Made by a program: the position numbers and the translations under genes
Source of the DNA: Thermococcus sp.
GTDB taxonomy: Archaea > Methanobacteriota_B > Thermococci > Thermococcales > Thermococcaceae
Assembly: GCF_027063845.1 (NCBI RefSeq)
Contig: NZ_JAMOQU010000089.1
Span: forward strand, 7,604 to 71,603
Length of the DNA: 64,000 nt
Reading direction: 5' to 3'
Notes under the pieces: generated by a model
Databases searched by the model: none
Told to the model about the DNA's origin: nothing
Seen by the model: only the letters and a program-made list of their open reading frames with translations
Shown: positions 20,301 to 28,875 of the stretch, in pieces
Position numbering within the stretch: position 1 is the first letter of the stretch
Layout of the letters: the number at the start of each line of letters is the position of its first letter

Positions 20301-20621
20301 ATGGAGTACGTGTATGCCGCTCTGCTGCTCCACGCCGCTGGTAAGGAGATAAACGAGGAGAACCTCAAGGCCGTCCTTGAGGCCGCTGGAGTCACTCCGG
20401 ATGAGGCCAGGATAAAGGCTCTCGTTGCAGCGCTCGAGGGCGTCAACATCGACGAGGTCATCGAGAAGGCCGCCATGCCTGTCGCCGCTCCGGTCGCTGT
20501 CGCCGCCGCTCCGGCTCCCGCCGAGGGCGGTGCCGAGCAGGCTCAGGAGGAGGAAGAGGAGGAAGAGGAAGAGGTCAGCGAGGAGGAGGCCCTCGCTGGT
20601 CTCGGCGCCCTCTTCGGCTGA
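20301..20621 (+). CDS. rpl12: 50S ribosomal stalk protein P1 (L12)
   Basis: [22 protein letters not shown]..., Ala/Pro hinge, and C-terminal [12 protein letters not shown]. Confidence 0.95.
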   Translation: MEYVYAALLLHAAGKEINEENLKAVLEAAGVTPDEARIKALVAALEGVNIDEVIEKAAMPVAAPVAVAAAPAPAEGGAEQAQEEEEEEEEEVSEEEALAGLGALFG

Positions 20622-20639
20622 ACTCCTCTTCTCTTTTGT

Positions 20640-20659
20640 CCGCCCTCGGGCGGGCTTTT
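20640..20659. terminator. GC hairpin plus T4 between convergent rpl12 and a membrane-protein gene
   Basis: CCGCCCtcGGGCGG followed by CTTTTC. Confidence 0.35.
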
Positions 20660-20670
20660 CAAAACTTTTC

Positions 20671-21099
20671 TCAGCGCTTCCTGAAGACGACAACCGTCTT
20701 CCACGTCCTTCTGTATCCCTCTGGGTTGAGCCTTCTCCTCAGCAACTCCATAAAGACCACGTAAGTTACAAAGAAGATGACGGAAACGACAACCTTTTCG
20801 ACCGTGTTCCTGAGGCCATTGAGTGCGTTTATCCAGGCTATGCCGAGGGCTCCAAGCATCAGGAATCCCGCGGTCTCGTACAGGGCAACGTTTCTCGGAA
20901 GTCTCTCAAACTTTCTGAGGGTCACTCCGACAACTAAAGTAATTAGGCCGATGAGCCCTAAAACCACAGTTGTTGTATCCACGGCACTTGCTCCATATCT
21001 CTGCGCCAGCAGGGGGTAAAGGGGAAGCGCCGGTGCAAGTGCAAAAAAGCCTGCAATGGTGACCCCACTCACGATGAGCACTTTTGTGCTTCTTCTCAT
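20671..21099 (-). CDS. hypothetical integral membrane protein (about 4 TM)
   Basis: 142-aa hydrophobic ORF. No family recognised. Confidence 0.55.
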   Translation of the reverse strand: MRRSTKVLIVSGVTIAGFFALAPALPLYPLLAQRYGASAVDTTTVVLGLIGLITLVVGVTLRKFERLPRNVALYETAGFLMLGALGIAWINALNGLRNTVEKVVVSVIFFVTYVVFMELLRRRLNPEGYRRTWKTVVVFRKR

Positions 21100-21190
21100 C
21101 CCTCTTCCCCAATTAACATTGGCCGAGGTAACCTAAAAGGTTTTCGTAAACCGCAAGGTTTATGTTTAGCCCATCGGAACCATCAGGGGT

Positions 21191-21268
21191 GGGCCGGTGG
21201 CCTAGCCTGGACGGGGCGTCGGCCTTCGGAGCCGAAGGTCGCGGGTTCGAATCCCGCCCGGCCCGCCA
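21191..21268 (+). tRNA. tRNA-Arg (anticodon UCG), CCA encoded
   Basis: Acceptor GGGCCGG/CCGGCCC, anticodon stem-loop TCGGC-CTTCGGA-GCCGA, T-arm GCGGG-TTCGAAT-CCCGC. Confidence 0.9.
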
Positions 21269-22085
21269 TTGAAACTTTGCCTTCGCAAAGTTTCATCAAA
21301 GTTTGTAGCTCTTTCTGGAAGGATATATTTCAAGAGATTTTCCATTTAATTGGCCGTATTGGGTAAAAGAACTTTTTAAATTGCCCCTTTTGGAAGGGTT
21401 TACCTTTAAATCGATGCCCGAAGGGCGTCAAGAAGAGAGTAAACCCCTTTGTAGGGTGCTGTTTTTGTGTTCTCCATTTGAAAAGAGCAATTTCGTGAGT
21501 AAAATCGATTTTATGGGGGTCTTTGGCGAGGAGCTACTAACTTTTGGTGAAGCTTTTGAAAAAAGCTTCCTTCGCAAGCGCTGGCGGAAGAGTAAGTGCT
21601 TTTCTAAGGATTAGCAAGTTTTGAGATGGGTTTACTCAACTTGCCCCTTGATTAGTGTTTCACTCTAAGAAGGCGTCCTTCGGACGCCGATGATAAGTTG
21701 AAACTACGCAGGAGCTTCATTTAGTTTTTAAACCCCTAGTCAATGTTGCACTTTTGGTGCACGACTGGCCTTTTGCTCGTTAGAGAGAAGGGCCTCATAT
21801 CGCCAGCCTTTCCCAAAGGCTGTTGCAAAGTTTCATCAAAGCCGGCATGCCTTTTGAATGGTTCGTTCTCAGGGGTTTACTTCCAAACTCGCCAGTTTTA
21901 AGCGTGTTTCCTCCATTAGCACCCGAAGGGCGCTGTTTAAAACTAAACACTTTCCTCCACACGCCATCATGAGCGTAAACCCCGAATCCATCGACTGTTT
22001 GATAACGCATGCAACTTTTCTTTTACCCTTTCGGACAGTTAAACCATTTTGGTCAAGCTTTGCGCAAGCAAAGCTTGCTGGCCTC
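21269..22085 (+). repeat. array of about three diverged tRNA-anchored hairpin-rich repeat units
   Basis: It starts at the base after the CCA of tRNA-Arg. Approximate units: 21269-21560, 21560-21845, 21845-22085. The middle unit aligns along its length with the reverse complement of 8698-8990 and 38886-39185. Motifs: GCAAAGTTTCATCAAAG (21286, 21825), CGCCAGCCTTTCCCAAAGGCTG (21801), TTCGCAAGCGCTGGCGGAAG (21571), GGCGTCCttcGGACGCC (21672). Confidence 0.75.
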
Positions 22086-22185
22086 AGGAGTGGTGGCCCT
22101 CCGCACCCCTCGGTGCCGGGCCAACCGCTCATCATCGGCCGGATTATTTTTATACCACCGCCTTAAATCCCCAGCGGTGGTTGGT

Positions 22186-22665
22186 ATGATGCTCCCAGAT
22201 TGGAAGATAAGAAAGGAGATTTTAATCGAGCCCTTCTCTGAGGAGTCCCTGCAACCTGCTGGCTACGACCTTCGCGTTGGCGATGAGGCTTACCTCAACG
22301 GTGAAATCCTGAACGTTAAAGAGCTCGGAACCTTCGTGATTCCCCCTAAAACGTACGCTCTCGTTTTGACCCTTGAGAGAATCAAGCTTCCTGACGACGT
22401 TATGGGCGATATGAAGCTGAGAAGCAGTCTCGCGAGGGAAGGAGTGATTGGGTCTTTCGCCTGGGTTGACCCGGGCTGGGACGGGAAGCTGACCCTCGGC
22501 ATCTACAACGCCTCTGAGGAGCCTGTTGAGCTCTCCTACGGGGAGAGGTTCGTTCAGATTGCCTTCATCCGCTTGGAAGGGCCTGCAAAGAAGCCGTACC
22601 GCGGAAAGTATCAAGGAAGCGCTGGAATCGCGCTCTCAAAGCGCAGAACCAGGGAACTTAAGTGA
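22186..22665 (+). CDS. dcd: dCTP deaminase family protein
   Basis: MMLPDWKIRKEI..QPAGYDLRVG..WVDPGWDGKLTLGIYN is typical of the dCTP deaminase/dUTPase fold. TATA ATTATTTTTATA at 22143-22154. The track ORF start at 22009 lies inside the repeat array and was rejected. Confidence 0.85.
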   Translation: MMLPDWKIRKEILIEPFSEESLQPAGYDLRVGDEAYLNGEILNVKELGTFVIPPKTYALVLTLERIKLPDDVMGDMKLRSSLAREGVIGSFAWVDPGWDGKLTLGIYNASEEPVELSYGERFVQIAFIRLEGPAKKPYRGKYQGSAGIALSKRRTRELK

Positions 22666-22876
22666 ATTAAATCCAATTGTCTCGAAGCGCCTAAAGGTTT
22701 TCTATCAGGGCCATCGTCTGGATTTGGGGACCATATCTGGGTGGTGTCTTTTTATCACATTTTAACAATTGTCGTAAACCCTACAATGCTCAGCACCTGG
22801 CAGATTTTCCCCGTGCCCAAAAGGCATGTATACTTAGGTGTACATCCAATTTGGAGGCTTTAGAGACCGTTTTTAC

Positions 22877-22893
22877 CGAAAGCTTTATATACC
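22877..22893 (+). promoter_or_regulatory. BRE/TATA of the histone gene
   Basis: CGAAAGCTTTATATACC about 50 nt upstream of ATG 22942. SD GGAGGTG at 22929-22935. Confidence 0.5.
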
Positions 22894-22941
22894 TCCGATT
22901 GCTTAGAGGGTACCGAAAAAGCTTTTACGGAGGTGTTGTGA

Positions 22942-23145
22942 ATGGCCGAGCTTCCAATTGCCCCGATTGACAGGCTTATTAGGAAGGCCGGCGCCGAGAG
23001 GGTCAGCGAGGAGGCCGCCAAGGTCCTCGCCGAGTACCTCGAGGAGTACGCCATCGAGCTCGCCAAGAAGGCCAACGAGTTCGCCAGGCACGCCGGCAGG
23101 AAGACCGTCAAGGCCGAGGACATCAAGCTCGCCATCAAGGCCTGA
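22942..23145 (+). CDS. archaeal histone (HMf family)
   Basis: 67 aa: [67 protein letters not shown]. Confidence 0.96.
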   Translation: MAELPIAPIDRLIRKAGAERVSEEAAKVLAEYLEEYAIELAKKANEFARHAGRKTVKAEDIKLAIKA

Positions 23146-23214
23146 TGGCCTTTTTGGCTTTTCTACCCATTTCCAAACCGTTAGCGTTTTAAGCCTCTTC
23201 TCGCGCTTTCGACC

Positions 23215-24489
23215 ATGCCGGAAATAGCCGTTCGAATGACCAGGCGCAATCATAACGCCTTCGTTCACCTCCTTGGGGCCCTTGAGAGCCAGGGCTTTGA
23301 CTTGGGCGAGCTCCTCATAACGAAGGACTTCAACGAGATTCTCAAAGCCCGGCCGAAGGTCGTCCTCTACTCCTTCTTCACGGAGGAAATCTGGGGCGAC
23401 CTCCCGAGGGAAGTCCGGCTTTTGAAGGAGAACGGCGCGCTTCTCGTGGCGGGAGGCTATCATGCGATAGCGATGCCCAAGCACACGCTCAACGTCCTCG
23501 GGTTTGACGTAGCCGTCATCGGAGAGGGCGAGGAGGTAATATACCAGCTCCTAACGACCCTGAAGAGGACAAACTACAGAATAACCTCCGAACTCGCCAA
23601 GGTGAAGGGTCTCGCCTTCTACCTCAACGGTGAGTTCACCTTTACCGGCTTCGCGAAAGTCGAGGACTTCTGGCGTTTTCCTCCGTATCCCGAGAGCGTC
23701 CGCCTGATTTCGCCGATAGAGATAAGCAGGGGCTGTCCCTTCCGCTGTTACTACTGTCAAACTCCCTACATCAAGGGCTTCCGCATGAGGCACAGGCCCA
23801 TAGACCAGATTGTGAAGTACTCACGGAGAATGAAGGACATGCGCTACATAACGCCGAACGCCTTCGCCTACGGTTCTCCGGGGGCGATACTGAAGCTCAA
23901 CAAGCTCGAGGCCCTTCTCAAGGCCCTTCAGCCCCTCAGGAAAGAGGGCAGGAGGCTCTTTTATGGAACCTTCCCGAGCGAGGTGAGGCCTGAGTTCGTC
24001 CTGCCCGAGACCCTTGAGCTCCTCATTGACTACGCCGACAACAGGAGGCTTGCAATCGGAGCCCAAAGCGGGGACGACGCGATGCTAAAGGCCATGCACA
24101 GGCTCCACAGGGTCGAGCACGTTCAGCGGGCCGTTGAGTACATGCTCGAGTACGGCTTTGAGCCTGTGGTTGACTTCATCGTCGGCCTGCCGAACGAGAG
24201 CGCGGAGAGCCAGAGGAGGAGCATCGAACTGATGAAGTGGATTATGCGGAAGGGCGGAAAGGTTAGGGCACACTACTTCATGCCTCTCCCAGGGACCCCC
24301 TGGGCGCGGTGCAAGCCGAGTCCGCTGAGCGAGGAGATGAAGAAGTTCCTCGGTAGAATGGCCGCTAAGGGAAAAATAGAGGGCTCATGGGGAGTCCAGA
24401 TAGAGCTTTCAAAAAGGCTCCAGAAGCTGATAGAGGAGTTCTACGAGGAGCCGATGAGCTACCACGGAAGTATAAACTCAGTCTGCTGA
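23215..24489 (+). CDS. radical SAM protein with N-terminal B12-binding-like domain
   Basis: SRGCPFRCYYCQTP is the CxxxCxxC cluster. The N-terminal Rossmann-like region is typical of the MJ_1487-type family. Confidence 0.75.
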   Translation: MPEIAVRMTRRNHNAFVHLLGALESQGFDLGELLITKDFNEILKARPKVVLYSFFTEEIWGDLPREVRLLKENGALLVAGGYHAIAMPKHTLNVLGFDVAVIGEGEEVIYQLLTTLKRTNYRITSELAKVKGLAFYLNGEFTFTGFAKVEDFWRFPPYPESVRLISPIEISRGCPFRCYYCQTPYIKGFRMRHRPIDQIVKYSRRMKDMRYITPNAFAYGSPGAILKLNKLEALLKALQPLRKEGRRLFYGTFPSEVRPEFVLPETLELLIDYADNRRLAIGAQSGDDAMLKAMHRLHRVEHVQRAVEYMLEYGFEPVVDFIVGLPNESAESQRRSIELMKWIMRKGGKVRAHYFMPLPGTPWARCKPSPLSEEMKKFLGRMAAKGKIEGSWGVQIELSKRLQKLIEEFYEEPMSYHGSINSVC

Positions 24490-24535
24490 ACCCAAAAGCT
24501 TTTAACTTCACGGAGTATTGGATGGCGAGGGCGTT

Positions 24536-24937
24536 ATGTACGCCGAAAACTATAAAAGATTCCTGGAGCTTATAGACGAACTGCGAGAGTTTGAAGGCGC
24601 CCTCATCGTTGAGGGCATGCGAGACGAGGTGGCTCTGAGGAATCTGGGGGTCAGAGCGGAGATAATCAGGCTCTCCCGCCTGCCTCTACCAGAGGTCGCG
24701 CTCATCGCCTCATCCTACGGCGAAGTCAAGATACTCACAGACTTTGACAGAAAGGGGGAGGAGCTGGCCAAAAAGCTCCTTCGCTACCTGGCCGGCTACC
24801 CCTGCAGGGTGGACGTGGAAACCCGGAAGGAGCTCAAGAAGCTGGTCAAGAAGGACATCAAGGGCATTGAAGACCTCTACGGCCTATACCTGAAGGTAAT
24901 CTCCGTTTCTGACCCCCTGCTGGAGGGGATTCGATGA
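24536..24937 (+). CDS. Toprim domain protein (UPF0292 family)
   Basis: ALIVEGMRDEVAL (Toprim Glu) and LTDFDRKGEELA (DxD). It lies immediately upstream of, and overlaps, dnaG. Confidence 0.75.
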   Translation: MYAENYKRFLELIDELREFEGALIVEGMRDEVALRNLGVRAEIIRLSRLPLPEVALIASSYGEVKILTDFDRKGEELAKKLLRYLAGYPCRVDVETRKELKKLVKKDIKGIEDLYGLYLKVISVSDPLLEGIR

Positions 24938-25005
24938 AGAGAAAGAAGACGATACTCCAGCAGGTTTTGGCTGAAAAACGAAAAAAGGCTAAAGAGGGTG
25001 GTTTC

Positions 25006-26319
25006 ATGTCAGGAAAAGACGAGTTTGGAACGACCAAATACGTCATCTACGCCGAGTTTGAGGCTAACGGCATCGTCGAAAGGCCCGACGTTGTTGGTGC
25101 TATTTTCGGACAGACCGAAGGTCTTCTCGGAGACGACCTCGACCTGAGGGAGCTCCAGAAGACCGGAAGGATTGGAAGGATTCGCGTCGAGGTTCACAAC
25201 AAGGCCGGCAAGACCTACGGAACCATTACCGTCCCATCGAGCCTCGACAGGGTCGAGACGGCAATCCTCGCCGCGGCGCTTGAAACCATTGACCGCGTTG
25301 GTCCGGCCGAGGCCAAGATAAGGGTCCTCCGCATAGAGGACGTTCGCGCCACAAAGAGGAAGTACATCATTGAGAGGGCCAAGGAGATACTCGAAACCCT
25401 CATGGAGCAGGAGATTCCCGAAACCCAGGAGCTCACCGAGGAGGTCAAGAAGGCAGTTCGCGCCAAGGAGCTCATCGAGTACGGCCCTGAGAAGCTTCCC
25501 GCTGGACCGCACGTCCCGTTCTCCGACTCAATCATCGTCGTTGAGGGAAGGGCCGACGTCCTCAACCTGCTCAAGCACGGCATAAAGAACGCGATAGCCG
25601 TGGAGGGAACCTCGATTCCGGAAACCATAATCAAGCTCAGCAAGGAGAGAATAGTTACCGCCTTCACCGACGGCGACCGCGGTGGAGAGCTCATCCTCAA
25701 GGAGCTCCTCCAGGTTGCCGATGTGGACTACGTAGCCCGCGCCCCCGAGGGCAAGGAGGTCGAGGAACTCACCAAGAAGGAGATAGTCAAGGCCCTGAGG
25801 AGCAAGGTTCCCGCCGAGCAGGTCATCAACGAGATGTTCAACAAGGGTAAGAGCTTCTACGAGCTGATAAGGGAAAGGGAAGAGAGGAAGCCCGAGCCCA
25901 GGAAGGTCGAGCCGAGGGAGCCGAGGGTCGTCCCGGTCAAAGTCGAGGAAAAGAAGCCGGAGAAGGTTGAGAAAGTCGAAAGGCCAGAACCCAAGGAGGA
26001 GAAGATAGTCAAGCCCATCGAGAAGGCCCGCGTTCCAGAGCTTGAGGAGTTCGGTGAGTTCATCGAGCGCGTTAAGAAGGACGGAATAGCACTCCTCCTC
26101 GACGAGAACAAGAACGTCATAGCGGAGATTCCAGTCAGGGAGCTCACGAACCAGCTCAAGGAGCGCAAGGACGTTTACGCGGTCGTCTTCAACGGCGTCA
26201 TCACCCAGAGGCTCATCGACACAGTCAGCGAAACCGGCGTTCGCTACCTAATCGGCGCGAGGAAGTACAACGTCGTTAGAAGGCCCGTCCAGCTCAAGAT
26301 AATAACCTTCGCCGAGTGA
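25006..26319 (+). CDS. dnaG: archaeal DnaG primase-like protein (exosome-associated)
   Basis: Toprim core IVVEGRADVLNLLKHG...AFTDGDRGGELI. Lys/Glu/Pro-rich linker. GAGGGTGG lies before ATG 25006. Confidence 0.9.
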   Translation: MSGKDEFGTTKYVIYAEFEANGIVERPDVVGAIFGQTEGLLGDDLDLRELQKTGRIGRIRVEVHNKAGKTYGTITVPSSLDRVETAILAAALETIDRVGPAEAKIRVLRIEDVRATKRKYIIERAKEILETLMEQEIPETQELTEEVKKAVRAKELIEYGPEKLPAGPHVPFSDSIIVVEGRADVLNLLKHGIKNAIAVEGTSIPETIIKLSKERIVTAFTDGDRGGELILKELLQVADVDYVARAPEGKEVEELTKKEIVKALRSKVPAEQVINEMFNKGKSFYELIREREERKPEPRKVEPREPRVVPVKVEEKKPEKVEKVERPEPKEEKIVKPIEKARVPELEEFGEFIERVKKDGIALLLDENKNVIAEIPVRELTNQLKERKDVYAVVFNGVITQRLIDTVSETGVRYLIGARKYNVVRRPVQLKIITFAE

Positions 26320-27048
26320 TTAGCGGAGGATTACTCCGCTCCTTCCCCTTTTTATTGACATTCCCTTTTCCCTTGGGGTGTACAGGAGGGGGCTTTTCCT
26401 CACGTAAAGCCGTTCTCCCATGCCCTCCCTGGAAACGACTTCAACGACGTAGTGGGCGTAGAGTGAGAACCACGAGAGGAACTTCCCCGATGTTCTGTCC
26501 CTGTTGAGAACCCACAGGTTTATGGACTCCCTACTGTCTGCTTCGCTAAGTGCCATGAACCTCTGAAATATTCTCAGTGTGTTTCTCTCCCCCAGGAAAA
26601 ACGCAAAGCCATCGAGTGTGAAATCCACGCGGACAACCCGCTGGTCGCCCATTTTCTCCTGTTCAATTGTCCTGAACAGCATTGAATACTTGGGAACGAA
26701 CGTGTCTGCTGAAAGGTTTTCCCCTGAGTAAACGAAGTCTTCATTGTATTTGATACCGTGAAGGGAGCCAAAGACGTCTATGACTGCCAGGTTACCGCTT
26801 TCACCAAGGGCGCGAAGGTCAACGCCTGAGGGAAAGAGTTCAATTTCCAGCGTAGAGAGGGGCAAAACGGTGTTCGTTACAACTCCGAAGTCTCCCATTT
26901 CAACTCGATTTCTCATAATCTCAAAGGCTATTGTCCAGCCGGTTGAATAGGTGTTGTGAATTATCAGGAGGTTGCCGTTTGGAATCAAACCTCCTCCTAT
27001 TGCACGGTCGAGTTTCCTGATTCCAGTGCTCAGTAGCTCCATGGTCAC
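26320..27048 (-). CDS. KaiC/RadA-like (RecA superfamily) protein with a degenerate Walker A
   Basis: The N-terminus STGIRKLDRAIGGGLIPNGNLLIIH follows the KaiC/RAD55 template, but the P-loop position reads NTYSTGWT with no GxxGxGK[ST]. A Walker-B-like LAVIDVF is retained. Confidence 0.55.
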   Translation of the reverse strand: MTMELLSTGIRKLDRAIGGGLIPNGNLLIIHNTYSTGWTIAFEIMRNRVEMGDFGVVTNTVLPLSTLEIELFPSGVDLRALGESGNLAVIDVFGSLHGIKYNEDFVYSGENLSADTFVPKYSMLFRTIEQEKMGDQRVVRVDFTLDGFAFFLGERNTLRIFQRFMALSEADSRESINLWVLNRDRTSGKFLSWFSLYAHYVVEVVSREGMGERLYVRKSPLLYTPREKGMSIKRGRSGVILR

Positions 27049-27158
27049 CCCACCGTAACGTTCGTAAATTAAATTTTAACGTTTAGGTTTATCTCTCTTT
27101 TGGAATTTCGGACTAACCTTTATAACCGCTTTCCCCATTCCCCCACAGGTGGTTAAAG

Positions 27159-28874
27159 ATGGTGGAGGAGCTAATCTGGAAGTACGCGCTCATCAACGCC
27201 TACACCCACAAGGGTAAGGCGAACCCGAAGGCGGTTATAGGGAAGGTTCTCGGCGAGAACCCGGAGCTGAGGCCAAAAGCCAGGCAGATAATCCCGCTCG
27301 TGAACGAGATAGTTGAGAAGGTAAACGCCCTCTCCCTTGAGGAGCAGGAGGCGAAGCTGAGGGAGATTTACCCAGAGTTCTTCGAGGAGAAGAAGACCAA
27401 GAAGGAGGAGAAGAAGGGCCTTCCCCCGCTTCCCAGGGCGGAGAAGGGAAAGGTCGTCACCCGCTTCGCACCTAACCCCGACGGTGCCTTCCACTTGGGG
27501 AACGCGAGGGCCGCTATTCTGAGCCACGAGTATGCAAGGATGTACGACGGCAAGTTCATACTCCGCTTCGACGACACCGACCCCAAGGTCAAGAGACCGG
27601 AGCCGATTTTCTACGAGTGGATTAAGGAGGACCTTGAGTGGCTCGGCTTCAAGATTGACGAGATACACATAGCGAGCGACAGGCTTGAGATATACTACGA
27701 CTACGCCGAGAAGCTGATAAAGATGGGCAAGGCCTACGTCTGCACCTGCCCGCCGGAGAAGTTCCGCGAGTTAAGGGACAAGGGAATAGCCTGCCCGCAC
27801 AGGGACGAGCCGGTCGAGGTTCAGCTCGAACGCTGGAGGAAGATGCTGAACGGAGAGTACAAGGAGGGTGAAGCTGTCGTCAGAATAAAGACCGACCTAA
27901 AACACCCCAATCCCGCCGTCAGGGACTGGCCCGCTCTGAGAATCATAGACAACCCCAACCACCCGAGGACTGGGAACAAGTACCGCGTCTGGCCCCTCTA
28001 CAACTTCGCATCTGCCATAGACGACCACGAGCTCGGCGTCACCCACATCTTCCGCGGACAGGAGCACGCCGAGAACGAGACGAGGCAGAGGTACGTTTAT
28101 GAGTACCTCGGCTGGGAGTACCCGGTCACGGTGCACCACGGCAGGCTGAGCATCGAGGGGGTTATCCTCAGCAAGTCCAAGACGAGGAAGGGCATAGAGG
28201 AGGGCAAGTACCTCGGCTGGGACGACCCGAGGCTCGGAACGATTAGGGCCCTGAGGAGGCGCGGAATAAGGCCCGAGGCGATAAGGGAGCTAATCATCGA
28301 GGTCGGTCTGAAGAGGAGCGACACGACGATAAGCTGGGACAACCTTGCTGCCATAAACAGGCGCATAATAGAGCCGATAGCTAACAGATACTTCTTTGTC
28401 GCCGACCCGATTCCAATGTACATAGAGGGGGCCAAGGAGTTCGTTGCTGAGATTCCGCTCCATCCAGACCATCCAGAGAGGGGCGTTAGAAGGCTTAAGT
28501 TCGTTCCAGGAAAGCCGGTTTACGTCTCCAAGGACGACATGGAGCTCTTCAGGCCAAGGAACTTTGTTCGCCTTAAGGACCTCTTCAACGTCGAAATCCT
28601 TGAGGTGAGCGAGGACGGTATTAAGGCAAGGTTCCACAGTGTTGACTACGAGATAGCGAGAAAGAACAGGTGGAGGATGGTTCACTGGGTCACCGAGGGC
28701 AAACCCTGTGAAGTCTGGGTTCCCGAGGGCGAGGAGCTCATCATAAGGGAGGGGCTACTTGAAAGCGACGCCCACGTTAAGGTCGATGACGTCGTCCAGT
28801 TCGAGCGCTTCGGCTTCGTGAGAATAGATGAGGTAAAAGATGGAAAGGTCAGGGCGATTTTCGCCCACAAGTGA
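27159..28874 (+). CDS. gltX: glutamyl-tRNA synthetase (archaeal type)
   Basis: HIGH motif as FHLGNARAA and KMSKS motif as ILSKSK. Archaeal/eukaryal-type length. Confidence 0.95.
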   Translation: MVEELIWKYALINAYTHKGKANPKAVIGKVLGENPELRPKARQIIPLVNEIVEKVNALSLEEQEAKLREIYPEFFEEKKTKKEEKKGLPPLPRAEKGKVVTRFAPNPDGAFHLGNARAAILSHEYARMYDGKFILRFDDTDPKVKRPEPIFYEWIKEDLEWLGFKIDEIHIASDRLEIYYDYAEKLIKMGKAYVCTCPPEKFRELRDKGIACPHRDEPVEVQLERWRKMLNGEYKEGEAVVRIKTDLKHPNPAVRDWPALRIIDNPNHPRTGNKYRVWPLYNFASAIDDHELGVTHIFRGQEHAENETRQRYVYEYLGWEYPVTVHHGRLSIEGVILSKSKTRKGIEEGKYLGWDDPRLGTIRALRRRGIRPEAIRELIIEVGLKRSDTTISWDNLAAINRRIIEPIANRYFFVADPIPMYIEGAKEFVAEIPLHPDHPERGVRRLKFVPGKPVYVSKDDMELFRPRNFVRLKDLFNVEILEVSEDGIKARFHSVDYEIARKNRWRMVHWVTEGKPCEVWVPEGEELIIREGLLESDAHVKVDDVVQFERFGFVRIDEVKDGKVRAIFAHK

Positions 28875-28875
28875 T

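Noticed and set aside
20139-20621. Poly-Glu/Ala low-complexity stretches and the shared [12 protein letters not shown] ends of two adjacent genes. These might look like a repeat or recombination artefact.
   Set aside because: This is the normal conserved C-terminal tail of the archaeal stalk proteins P0 and P1.
21680-21700. C/D-box sRNA candidates inside the repeat units. TGATGA or GATGATAA motifs occur at 21681, 37998 and 38896.
   Set aside because: No matching D box (CTGA) lies at the expected distance of about 50-60 nt, there are no C'/D' boxes, and no terminal stem is evident.
22009-22185. N-terminal 59-codon extension of the dcd ORF in the track.
   Set aside because: The extension lies within the repeat array and upstream of a good TATA box (22143-22154). 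The conserved dCTP deaminase N-terminus starts at MMLPDW (22186), preceded by GGTGG.
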